From an uncultured Chloroflexota bacterium (GTDB taxonomy: Bacteria > Chloroflexota > Anaerolineae > Anaerolineales > UBA4823): 45,218 nucleotides of DNA. A program made the translations under genes and the position numbers. Numbering within the stretch: position 1 is the stretch's first letter; the number at the start of each line of letters is the position of its first letter. The stretch spans positions 1 to 45,218 of the forward strand of contig CAIQIV010000055.1 of the NCBI GenBank assembly GCA_903871905.1, in the 5' to 3' direction. Under the pieces are notes generated by a model that made no database searches, was not told the origin of the DNA, and saw only the letters and a program-made list of their open reading frames with translations. Shown here piece after piece: positions 19,254-27,924 of this stretch.

Positions 19254-20390
19254 TCAGCGGGCGCAGCGGAACCCAACGTCAGCCTGCCAGGCGGATGGCT
19301 CGCTTGCCCTGCGGTTTGAAACCCGCAGGCTAAAAAAGCTGTCACCCCACCCGCCGCCGCGCTGCACCCGGCCCATCCCCAGGGCCGGCCCCGGCGGGTC
19401 TATCCATTCGGCGGCGCTGGTGTAAAAGTCGGGCAGGTACCAGTCGCTGACCCACTCCCAAATGCTGCCCGCCAGGTCCGACACCTGGTAGGGGCTATCC
19501 CCCAGGGGAAAGCTGCCTGCAGGGGCGGTGTCCCCCACGCAGTATGACCCGCGGGCATAAAAATTTGCCAGGGGGCAGTCCGCCGCCGCCTCCCCCCACG
19601 GATAAACGCGCTGGTCAGTGCCCCCTCGCGCCGCCTTCTCCCACTCTGCCTCCGTCGGCAGGCGACCGCCGTCCCATTGGCAGAAGGCCTGGGCCTGGCT
19701 CCAATCCACGTTGACCACCGGGTAATCTGCAAAAGCCGGGTTTCCATAGTAGCTGGCATGGGTAGCAGAGCCGGGCGCATGCGGCGCCGTACATCCCCCG
19801 GCAAACACGCAGGCGCTATAGCGTCCATTGGTGACCTCATACCTGTCCATGGAAAAAGCGCTCAAAGACACCGTGTGCAGCGGCCGCTCATCACCATCGC
19901 AGTACATATCGCGCAGGGCGCAGCCCATGCGAAAATTCCCGGAAGGCACCCACACTCTCTGCTGCACATCAACGATGCAGTCCAGGCAGGTGAAATCCAG
20001 CCCGTTGTTTACACCGGCAGATACGCTGATTTGCAAGGAGCTGGGGACAAACGGCTTTTGGAACCAGGAGGGCGCCAGGGTATACGTTCCAACCGCCAGG
20101 TGGAAAGTGTACGCTCCATTGGCATCGGTGGTCGTCGTAATTCGTTCCCCGGCAGTGATGGTCACCCCCGGAAGCGGTGCATTGGCGTTATCCCACACAC
20201 GCCCCTGGACGACAGCCGGTCCATCATCCACATAAGACCGGCGGAAGCTTATGGCCGGCAGGAACACCCGGGCCTCCAGGCGTGGGCGCGCCGGTGCCGC
20301 CCTCCCAGGAGTTAGCTCCCCGCGGGAAAAGAAAAACATCGCCAGAGCCGCCAGGCTCATCAAGGGTAGTGCAGTGATCCGTGCTCGCAT
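19254..20390 (-). CDS. Secreted formylglycine-generating-enzyme (FGE/SUMF1) domain protein with an N-terminal carboxypeptidase-regulatory-like module
   Basis: Signal-like 'MRARITALPLMSLAALAMFFF'. 'VQGRVWDNANAPLPGVTITAGERITTTTDANGAYTF'. FGE-sulfatase pattern: 'GNFRMGC...PLHTVSLSAFSMDRYEVTN...WEKAARG...YPWG...RVQRGGGWG...FRCAR'. The start is ATG 20390 (GGGAGG upstream). Track ORF residues upstream of this run into the divergent ABC gene. Confidence 0.85.
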   Translation of the reverse strand: MRARITALPLMSLAALAMFFFSRGELTPGRAAPARPRLEARVFLPAISFRRSYVDDGPAVVQGRVWDNANAPLPGVTITAGERITTTTDANGAYTFHLAVGTYTLAPSWFQKPFVPSSLQISVSAGVNNGLDFTCLDCIVDVQQRVWVPSGNFRMGCALRDMYCDGDERPLHTVSLSAFSMDRYEVTNGRYSACVFAGGCTAPHAPGSATHASYYGNPAFADYPVVNVDWSQAQAFCQWDGGRLPTEAEWEKAARGGTDQRVYPWGEAAADCPLANFYARGSYCVGDTAPAGSFPLGDSPYQVSDLAGSIWEWVSDWYLPDFYTSAAEWIDPPGPALGMGRVQRGGGWGDSFFSLRVSNRRASEPSAWQADVGFRCAR

Positions 20391-20546
20391 GAATACCACG
20401 CGCCTCCCGTCAATCATCGAATAGAAAATTTCTTTGGCATGATCCACCGCCACAGGCTGATTGTATCCTGGTTTTGCCGATATTCCTGGCCTAAACTCCA
20501 CCTGTCTTCCATCCCCGCTCTTCACCGGCCGGTAAGCCGTATCGGG

Positions 20547-20552
20547 TATAAT
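20547..20552 (+). promoter_or_regulatory. Candidate -10 box (TATAAT) upstream of the ABC-2 operon
   Basis: Perfect TATAAT 12 nt upstream of ATG 20565. No convincing -35. Confidence 0.3.
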
Positions 20553-20564
20553 CACCGTGTTTGA

Positions 20565-21551
20565 ATGAACCTTATGCCTGACATGATCACCGTCGACCGC
20601 CTCACCAAAACCTACCAGGTTCCTGAACGCGAGGCCGGCTTCCGCGCCGCATTGCGCGGCTTCTTCCGCCGCCGCTACCGCGACGTGCAAGCCGTGCAGC
20701 AGGTCAGCTTCAGCATCCAGCCGGGCGAGATCGTCGGCTTCCTGGGGCCTAATGGCGCCGGAAAGACCACCACGCTCAAGATGCTCTCCGGCCTGCTGCA
20801 CCCCAGCAGCGGGCAGGCGCGGGTCCTGGGCTTCACCCCCTGGGAGCGCCGCGCCGGCTACCTGCAGGCCATGACCCTGGTGATGGGCCAGCGCAACCGC
20901 CTGTCCTGGGACATCCCTGCCGCCGATTCCTTCCTGCTCAACCAGGCCATCTACCGCCTGCCGGAAGCCGACTACCAGAGCACGCTCAAAGAGCTGGACG
21001 AGCTGCTCGAGCTAGGCCCCATCCTGCGTAAACCGGTGCGCAACCTGTCACTGGGCGAGCGCATGAAGTGCGAGCTGGCCGCCGGGCTGCTGCACCGCCC
21101 CCAGGTGCTATTCCTCGACGAGCCCACCATCGGCCTGGACATCACCGCCCAGGCGCGCATCCGCGATTTCCTGCGGGAATACAATGCCCGCACCGGCGCC
21201 GCCATCCTGCTCACCAGCCACTACATGGCAGACGTCACCGCCCTGTGCGAGCGCATCCTCATCATCCACCCCGGGCGCATCAAGTACGATGGCGGGCTGG
21301 CCGAGCTCTCGCGGCGCATCGCCCCCTTCAAACTGATCACCATCGCCCTCGGCGCCCCCTGCCCGTGCGACCTCAGCCGCTACGGCACCCCCATTCCCGC
21401 TGACGAGGACGAGGGCAAGCAGTCGGTGCAGGTCCGCGCCGCCGACGTAGCCGCCATCACCACCCGCATGCTGGCCGACCTGCCCATCCACGACCTGACC
21501 ATCGAAGACCCACCGATCGAGTCGGTCATCGAGCAGGCCTTCCTGGAGTGA
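20565..21551 (+). CDS. ABC transporter ATP-binding protein (ABC-2 subfamily system)
   Basis: Walker A 'GPNGAGKTTT', signature 'LSLGERMKCELA', Walker B 'LFLDEPTIGLD'. Alternative starts are ATG 20574 and 20583. Confidence 0.9.
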   Translation: MNLMPDMITVDRLTKTYQVPEREAGFRAALRGFFRRRYRDVQAVQQVSFSIQPGEIVGFLGPNGAGKTTTLKMLSGLLHPSSGQARVLGFTPWERRAGYLQAMTLVMGQRNRLSWDIPAADSFLLNQAIYRLPEADYQSTLKELDELLELGPILRKPVRNLSLGERMKCELAAGLLHRPQVLFLDEPTIGLDITAQARIRDFLREYNARTGAAILLTSHYMADVTALCERILIIHPGRIKYDGGLAELSRRIAPFKLITIALGAPCPCDLSRYGTPIPADEDEGKQSVQVRAADVAAITTRMLADLPIHDLTIEDPPIESVIEQAFLE

Positions 21552-21554
21552 GCC

Positions 21555-22352
21555 GTGTTCCACATCTACAGGCGTTTCTGGCAGGTCAATTGGGCCGAGC
21601 AGTGGCAGTACCGGGCCAATCTGCTGATGTACGTGCTTTACTGGATTGTCTCGCCGGTGATTTACCTGGCAGTGTGGGTCACCATCGCCAACAGCCAGGG
21701 CAGCGTCAAGGGGCTGACTGCCAATGATTTCATCACCTATTATCTGACCCTGTTGATCGTTGACCAGTTTACCGGCGAGATCACCGTGCACTTGCTGGCG
21801 GACAAGATCCAGGACGGCACGCTGGCCAATGAGCTGCTGCGCCCGGTCCATCCCATCCTGACCAACACCCTGGTGACCAACCTGGCCGGGAAAGCGCTCA
21901 ACTTCATGGTGGTGATCCCGGTATGGCTGGCCCTGGTGCTGCTCTTCCACCCGGATTATTCAGCGGTCACCCTGGGCTCGCTGCTGGCTGCCGTACCGGT
22001 GATAATGCTGGGCTTCAGCATCAACTTCCTGCTCGGGGCAAGCATCACCTGCCTGGCTTTCTGGACTACCCGGGTGTACTCCATCCACGAGTTCTTTTAT
22101 GCTGTGACGCTGATGTTCGCCGGTCAGTTCGTGCCGCTGTCGTTGATGCCGCCCATGGTGCAGGCCATCGCCCGCTTCCTGCCCTTCCAGCTCTTTCTTT
22201 ACATTCCCATCGAGACCATCCTCAACCGCCTGCCGTTATCCAGCCTGCTGCTGGCCTACGCCTCCGGGCTGGCCTGGCTGGCCATCAGCGCTATGCTGTT
22301 CCTGTTCGTCTGGCGCCAGGGCGTGAAGCGCTTCTCAGCGGTGGGGGCCTGA
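21555..22352 (+). CDS. ABC-2 family transporter permease
   Basis: 6-TM hydrophobic profile. GTG start 3 nt after the ATPase stop. Paired with a second similar permease. Confidence 0.75.
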   Translation: MFHIYRRFWQVNWAEQWQYRANLLMYVLYWIVSPVIYLAVWVTIANSQGSVKGLTANDFITYYLTLLIVDQFTGEITVHLLADKIQDGTLANELLRPVHPILTNTLVTNLAGKALNFMVVIPVWLALVLLFHPDYSAVTLGSLLAAVPVIMLGFSINFLLGASITCLAFWTTRVYSIHEFFYAVTLMFAGQFVPLSLMPPMVQAIARFLPFQLFLYIPIETILNRLPLSSLLLAYASGLAWLAISAMLFLFVWRQGVKRFSAVGA

Positions 22353-22355
22353 GCC

Positions 22356-23141
22356 ATGCACTGGCTGAGACTGCTGCAGGCGTTGTTCAAGCTCAACGTG
22401 CAGATGACCCTGGCCTACCGTGCGGACACCATCGTTAACATCCTGCTCAACCTGATGTGGCTGGGCTGGGAGCTGCTCGGGTTAAGCATCATCTTCAGCA
22501 ATACCGCCAGCCTGGGCGGCTGGGGACCGGGCGAGCTGATCGCCCTATTGGGCGTGTTCCGCCTGGTCAACGCCCTGATGGCCGCCCTGATCTGGCCCAA
22601 CACCGAGCGCTTCAACGCCAGTGTGCGCGACGGCTCGCTGGACTACATCTTCCTGGCCCCGGCGGACAGCCTGGTGCTGGTGACCTTCTCGCGCATGATC
22701 ATCTGGCGCGCCTGGGACCTGGCGCTTGGCGCTGCCCTGGTGGGGATTGGTCTGCACCTGGGCGGGCAGGCGTCTGCGCCGCCCAACCTGGCCAGCTTTT
22801 TCTTCCTGGTGATCTCCGGCTCGGTGATCATCTACAGCCTGTGGGTGGTGCTGATCGCCCTGACCTTCTGGTTTGTCAAATTCGACAACAACGTCACCAT
22901 CTTGCAGGCGCTGCTGGACGCCGGGCGCTACCCGGCCACCATCTACCCACCCTGGCTGCGCCTGATCGTCACCTTCGTCGTACCGGTCGCCGTGGCCATC
23001 ACCGTCCCGCTGCAGGCGCTGCGCGGCGACCTGGCCGCCTGGCAGATCCTGGCCTTCCTGGCAATCGGCGCCTTGAGCCTGTTCATCGCCCGCCAGGTGT
23101 GGAACGCCGGTGTGCGCCATTACAGCGGCGCCAGCAGTTAA
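22356..23141 (+). CDS. ABC-2 family transporter permease (second subunit)
   Basis: 6-TM hydrophobic profile. ATG 3 nt after the previous stop. Confidence 0.75.
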   Translation: MHWLRLLQALFKLNVQMTLAYRADTIVNILLNLMWLGWELLGLSIIFSNTASLGGWGPGELIALLGVFRLVNALMAALIWPNTERFNASVRDGSLDYIFLAPADSLVLVTFSRMIIWRAWDLALGAALVGIGLHLGGQASAPPNLASFFFLVISGSVIIYSLWVVLIALTFWFVKFDNNVTILQALLDAGRYPATIYPPWLRLIVTFVVPVAVAITVPLQALRGDLAAWQILAFLAIGALSLFIARQVWNAGVRHYSGASS

Positions 23142-23184
23142 CCATACATTTCATCTTTATCCGATCTCTTTCAAGGAGTTTCAA

Positions 23185-24153
23185 ATGTACGCAGTCCGAG
23201 TTCACGAATATGGCGATGCCAGCAAATTAGCATATGAAGAAGCGCCCTTACCCGAGCCCAAGGAGGGCGAAGTGCGGGTCAAGGTGACCGCAGCCGGCTT
23301 GAACTTCATCGAGGTCTACCAGCGCAAGGGCGTGTACCCCAACCCGCTGCCCTTCACCCCTGGCGGCGAGTTTGCCGGCGTGGTGGATGCCCTCGGCCCC
23401 GGAGTGAGCGGCGTGCAGGTTGGCGACCGGGTGTGCACCGCCAGCGGCAGCCTCGGTTATGGGGAATTTGCCATCGCCTCCGCCGTCCGCCTGGTGCCAG
23501 TGCCTGATGCCATCCACCTGGAGGACGCCGCGGCGGTCATGCTGCAGGGCATCACCGCTCACTACCTGGCCAACTCTACCTTCCCGCTCAAGCCCGGCGA
23601 TGTGGCTGTGGTACATGCCGCCGCCGGCGGCGTGGGCCAGCTCCTGGTCCAGATAGCCAGGCGCTGCGGCGCCCGGGTGCTCGCCACCGTTTCCACCGAG
23701 GAGAAAGCCGCTCTGGCGCGCCAGGCCGGCGCCGACGAGGTGATCCTCTACACCCAGGTGGACTTCGCTGAGCAGGTGTGCCAGCTCACCGGCGGCAGGG
23801 GTGCCAATGTGATCTACGACGGCGTTGGGGCCGCCACCTTCCTGCGCGGGCTGGACTGCCTGCGCCCGCGCGGCTACATGGTGCTCTACGGCCAGGCCAG
23901 CGGCGCGGTCGAGCCGGTCAACCCGCAGCTCCTCAACCAGAAGGGTTCGCTGTTCCTCACCCGCCCCACCATGGGGCACTACCTGCTCACGCGGGACGAG
24001 CTGCTGTGGCGTACCAGCGACCTGTTCGCCTGGATGGCATCCGGCGAGCTCAAGGTGCGCATCGACGTCACCTTCCCCCTTGCCCAGGCCGCCGAGGCCC
24101 ACCGCTACATCGAAGGCCGCCAGACCAAGGGCAAGGTGCTGCTGGTGCCGTAG
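23185..24153 (+). CDS. qor: NADPH:quinone oxidoreductase (zeta-crystallin/MDR family)
   Basis: '[11 protein letters not shown]...[23 protein letters not shown]' and the cofactor motif '[15 protein letters not shown]'. AAGGAG SD lies 6 nt upstream of ATG 23185. Confidence 0.9.
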   Translation: MYAVRVHEYGDASKLAYEEAPLPEPKEGEVRVKVTAAGLNFIEVYQRKGVYPNPLPFTPGGEFAGVVDALGPGVSGVQVGDRVCTASGSLGYGEFAIASAVRLVPVPDAIHLEDAAAVMLQGITAHYLANSTFPLKPGDVAVVHAAAGGVGQLLVQIARRCGARVLATVSTEEKAALARQAGADEVILYTQVDFAEQVCQLTGGRGANVIYDGVGAATFLRGLDCLRPRGYMVLYGQASGAVEPVNPQLLNQKGSLFLTRPTMGHYLLTRDELLWRTSDLFAWMASGELKVRIDVTFPLAQAAEAHRYIEGRQTKGKVLLVP

Positions 24154-24158
24154 AAAAG

Positions 24159-24332
24159 GTCTGAACCGGGATTTTTGTGATTACGGGATGGACGGGTGGG
24201 GATTCACATCGAAAAAGAGGACATCCAGGATAAGAGTTTAAACTGAATATCTTATCCTCTTTATCGATGTGAATGTCTGATCTTCGCCGCCCATCCTGTC
24301 TATCCCACCATCCAACAAATCCCGGTTCAGAC
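24159..24332. repeat. ~174-bp imperfect palindrome with perfect 16-bp terminal inverted repeats (GTCTGAACCGGGATTT / AAATCCCGGTTCAGAC)
   Basis: Read directly from the sequence. The arms also share ATTCACATCGA(A/T)AAAGAGGA near the centre. The interior is visibly more AT-rich than the flanks. The element fills the gap between two convergent stop codons. Confidence 0.7.
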
Positions 24333-26821
24333 TACTCCTTCACCCTGAATATCCACACCCCCCGCTGCGCGTACAGCACCTCATACTTCGGGCTGGAGGC
24401 CAGCAGCTTTGGCGAGAGTGCCCCGCCGCGCGCACCCAGGAAGATGTACTCGATGCCCTGTTCTTTTAAGAATGCATACAGCCCATCCGGGTCGGTGTTC
24501 AAGCTCATCACCTTGCGGCTGAGCTCGGCGTTGCGCTGGATGGCCTCCAGGTCGCTGTCAAAGCTGTACAGCACCGGCGGCGGCAGGGTCTGCCGCCCGC
24601 CGATCGGCGCTACCCAGGCGCCGCCATCGCTGCCGGCGTACAGCCCGTAGCCCCAGGCGAAGGGGTTGATCAGCACCACCGCCTCCTGGGGCAGGTGCTG
24701 CGCCGCCCATTCCAGGGCTGGGCGGTCCGCCTGGCGGATCTGCATGGTAGCCGAGTTGAGGATCGGCAGGATCTGTTGGGCCGCGTAGAACGACAGGATG
24801 AGCGCCGCCGCCCCCAGGTTGGCGTAGAACACCGGCTTCCAATCCTGCGGCAGCCTTCCCTGCACCTGGCCGATGCCCCAGCTCAGCGCATATCCGCCCA
24901 GGGCAGCCAGCGGCAGGAACAGGGTGATTTCCACCGAGGTGTTGTTAATAAAGCCAGCCCCAGGCAAATGCAGCACCCCCAGGTTGGCCAGGGCAAACAT
25001 GATCACCACCCACAGGAACAGGGCGATGGGCACCGCCTGGCGCCGCGCCGCGCCCAAGACCAGTCCGGCTGCCGCCAGCGCCAGGGTGTAGTTTCCCAAT
25101 CCGCTGGTCAGGTACGACCAGGAAAAATCGCTGGCAAAAACCGCCATCGCTGGCGTCCACACCAGCTTGGGCAGCACCAGCGTGCGCACCGTGGCTGGCC
25201 ACCAGGGCAGGGTGACCAGAACAGCCAGCAGGGCGACCAGCAGGTACAGCCCCGCCGAGCGCAGCAGGCGGCGCAGCGCCTGGCTGCTCTCCACCCGCAG
25301 GTCACGCCCGCCTTCAACCAGCAGCGCCGCCAGAAGGTAGGCCGCCAGGAAGGCGATCACCCGGTAGTGGGTGAGAAACAGCCCGGCGCAGGCCAGCGCC
25401 GCCAGCCCGACCAGGATCGCCGTCGAGCGGTCAGGTCGCCTGCGCAGCGAGAGCCCCCCACCCTGCTGCAGCAGCCCGATCAGCGCCACAGCGGAGGGCA
25501 GGATCAGGATGCCCGCCAGCTGGGTGTAGCGTCCCCAACTGGTCATATAAGCCGGCATTGGGGTGAATACCCCGGCGATCAGCGCCGCCGCCAGCCCGGC
25601 GCGCCGGTCGCCCAGCAGGGCGTAGGCCAGCAGGTAGGCTGCCAGTACCCCGCAGGTGTTCAGCACCTGGCCAAAGAACAGCATTCCGTCCAGCATAGGT
25701 AGCGCCGAGAGCCACTCAAAAACCGCCAGCAGGCTGTGGAAACCGGCGTGGTAGCTGGCAGTGTTCATCTGCAGGTAAGGGGCATAAGAGGCGGGGAAGG
25801 CACCGTGCTCCAGGATCAACCGGGTGACCACCGCATGGTGCACCGAGTCCACCCAGGCCGGCCCTGCCATGTCTCGCACCATCGCCAGGCGCACCCCCAG
25901 GGAGAACACAAAGATCGCCAGCAGGGCGGCGCCGCCCCAGTCCAGGGAGATACCGGGACCGCTCTGCCCGGCCCGGCGCCTGCGGGTCCAGCGCCGTCCC
26001 AGCAGCCCGGCGGACGCCAGGGCCAGCAGCAGGAACAGCGCCAGCAGCGCCATGCGGTTCCAGTGCAGCCCCAACACACTGCTCCACAGCATGACCAGCG
26101 GGATGACCGCCAGGCTCAGCCCGTTGGCCAGCGCCAGGCGCGCACCACTATCCGGAATGAGCCCCGGCGCCAACAGCTGCTGCAGCAGCCACCCCGGCAG
26201 CCACAGCACCGCCAGCAGGGGCAGCGCCAGCCACAGCCGGCGCACCGCCTGGTCCAGGTCGCCCACCACCGCTGCCAGCCCATAATCATAACCCAGGCGG
26301 AAACCGATGTCCGCCTCCTGCGCTTTCCCATCCAGGTAGAACTGCCCGTCCGGGTAGCTGTCCTCCTGGCGTCCCAGCAGTTCCACTTCGCCGCCCGCGG
26401 GGGTGAAGGTCAGGTAATAAGCCTGGCCGGGTGGATCCTTCAATGCGGCAAAGCCCAGGTGGACCGGGCTGTAGCTTGCCACCTCGTCAAAGGACAGGCG
26501 GAAGGTCAGCAGCGGCTGCGCATCCTGCGGGCTGTGGTACAGCTTCATGGTCAGTGAGCCCTGCGGTTGGGAGCTGGGAGCGGCCAGACGCGGCCAGACC
26601 TGGATGCTGTCCAATCCCGGCCGGCGTGAGATGAAAGTCTGCCCGGCGGTTTCCCCATCCTTGACCACGCTGACCACGTCCGCCCGGAACTCCTGCGAGG
26701 CCTCCGGGTCGCTCAGAGTCACGCACGAGGTGAGCAGCAGCAGGCCGGTCAGCAGGGCGAAAAAAAAGGCGGTGTTTCTCACCGCTCTGGAGGGGGAAAC
26801 ACCGCCGTTGGACCGGGTCAT
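24332..26821 (-). CDS. Large polytopic membrane protein with N- and C-terminal extracytoplasmic domains (possibly GT-C-like glycosyltransferase; family not recognised)
   Basis: 829 aa. N-terminal signal/lipobox-like 'LLLLTSC', a soluble ~170-aa domain, more than 12 hydrophobic helices, and a C-terminal ~150-aa soluble domain. The ATG overlaps the prfB stop (ATGA at 26818-26821). Confidence 0.6.
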   Translation of the reverse strand: MTRSNGGVSPSRAVRNTAFFFALLTGLLLLTSCVTLSDPEASQEFRADVVSVVKDGETAGQTFISRRPGLDSIQVWPRLAAPSSQPQGSLTMKLYHSPQDAQPLLTFRLSFDEVASYSPVHLGFAALKDPPGQAYYLTFTPAGGEVELLGRQEDSYPDGQFYLDGKAQEADIGFRLGYDYGLAAVVGDLDQAVRRLWLALPLLAVLWLPGWLLQQLLAPGLIPDSGARLALANGLSLAVIPLVMLWSSVLGLHWNRMALLALFLLLALASAGLLGRRWTRRRRAGQSGPGISLDWGGAALLAIFVFSLGVRLAMVRDMAGPAWVDSVHHAVVTRLILEHGAFPASYAPYLQMNTASYHAGFHSLLAVFEWLSALPMLDGMLFFGQVLNTCGVLAAYLLAYALLGDRRAGLAAALIAGVFTPMPAYMTSWGRYTQLAGILILPSAVALIGLLQQGGGLSLRRRPDRSTAILVGLAALACAGLFLTHYRVIAFLAAYLLAALLVEGGRDLRVESSQALRRLLRSAGLYLLVALLAVLVTLPWWPATVRTLVLPKLVWTPAMAVFASDFSWSYLTSGLGNYTLALAAAGLVLGAARRQAVPIALFLWVVIMFALANLGVLHLPGAGFINNTSVEITLFLPLAALGGYALSWGIGQVQGRLPQDWKPVFYANLGAAALILSFYAAQQILPILNSATMQIRQADRPALEWAAQHLPQEAVVLINPFAWGYGLYAGSDGGAWVAPIGGRQTLPPPVLYSFDSDLEAIQRNAELSRKVMSLNTDPDGLYAFLKEQGIEYIFLGARGGALSPKLLASSPKYEVLYAQRGVWIFRVKE

Positions 26822-27913
26822 CCAGCCGCTTCCCCCATTTTAAAGCGCAGGTATGCTTCGATAAAGTCATCCAGCGCCCCGTTAAGCACCGCCTGGGTGT
26901 TGCCATTCTCGTAATTGGTGCGGTGGTCCTTGACCATCTGGTAAGGGTGGAGCACATACGAGCGGATCTGGCTGCCCCACTCAGCCTTGGTGTACTCGCC
27001 GCGCAGCTCGGCAAGCTGCTCGTCCTGCTCCTGCTGGCGAATCTCCAACAGCCGGGCGCGCAGCACACGCATGGCATTCTCCCGGTTCTGGGTCTGCGAG
27101 CGCTCGTTCTGGCAGGTCACCACCAACCCGCTGGGCAGGTGGGTGATGCGCACCGCGGTGGCGTTCTTCTGCACGTTCTGCCCGCCGGCGCCCGACGAGC
27201 GGTAGACATCGATCTGCAGGTCGTTGGGGTTAATCTCGATCTCCGAGTCGTCCTCCACCTGGGGCAGCACCTCCACCAGGGCAAACGAGGTATGGCGGCG
27301 GTGCGCAGCGTCGAAGGGAGACAGACGCACCAGGCGGTGCACCCCCTTCTCCGGGCGCAGGTAGCCAAAGGCGTATGGGCCGTTGACGGCGATGGTGATG
27401 CTCTTGATGCCCGCCTCCTCGCCCTCGGTCAAGTCCAGGATCTCGGTCTGGTACCCCCGGGTTTCACACCAGCGCAGGTACATACGCTCCAGCATCTCGG
27501 CCCAATCCTGCGAATCGGTGCCGCCTGCCCCGGCGTGCACCGCCAGGAGCGCGTTGCCGCGGTCATGCGGGCCGGAAAGCATGATGTTAAACTCGCGCTG
27601 GTCGACCTCTCTCTCCAGCGCCGCCGTCTCTCCCTCCAGCTCGGGGCGCAGTTCCTCATCCTCAAGCTGCGCCAGTTCCAGGGCGTCCGCCAGTCGCTGC
27701 CGCACCCCCTGCCAGCTCTCCACCTCGTCCTTCAAGGTCGAGAGCTTTTTCATCACCTGCTGCGCCCGCGTCGGGTCTTCCCACAGGTCAGGTCTTTCTG
27801 ATTCGGTTTGAATTTCTGCCAGCTCGGTTTCGCGTGCGGTTAAGTCAAAGACGCACCAGGAGGTGCTGGAGTTTTTCCTGGCAAAGTTGTAAGCGATCTA
27901 TCAAGTCTTGCAT
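26818..27913 (-). CDS. prfB: Peptide chain release factor 2, translated through a programmed +1 ribosomal frameshift
   Basis: The frame-0 segment ATG 27913..CTT 27848 (MQDLIDRLQLCQEKLQHLLVRL) ends at in-frame TGA 27847-27845. The +1 frame continues from GAC 27846 into track ORF 26818..27756. RF2 motifs 'SPF' ('RLSPFDA') and 'GGQ' ('GAGGQNVQK') are present. Confidence 0.93.
27844..27850 (-). other. prfB: prfB +1 frameshift site CTT TGA C
   Basis: The minus-strand sequence reads ...CTGGTGCGT CTT TGA C... The GGTG (complementary to the CACC of the 16S 3' end) lies 3 nt upstream of CTT, the same spacing as the E. coli stimulatory SD. Confidence 0.85.
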
Positions 27914-27924
27914 GGGTCCTCAAT

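Noticed and set aside
19254-20801. 5' over-extensions of track ORFs. Examples: FGE ORF to 20801; 28860 for M32; 23110 for qor; 9457 for the repeat protein; 5041 for the receiver; 7773 for mogA; 32243 for TetR; 32838 for hemW; 42061 for minE; 42770 for minD; 40251 for sucC; 16152 for the ABC ATPase.
   Set aside because: The extensions overlap neighbouring genes or promoter regions, lack protein-like composition, and each contains an internal start with an SD that matches the expected family N-terminus.
24273-24650. 125-aa plus-strand ORF starting inside the palindromic element and running antisense into the membrane protein gene.
   Set aside because: It has no SD, is mostly antisense to a strongly supported CDS, and its composition is typical of a shadow ORF.
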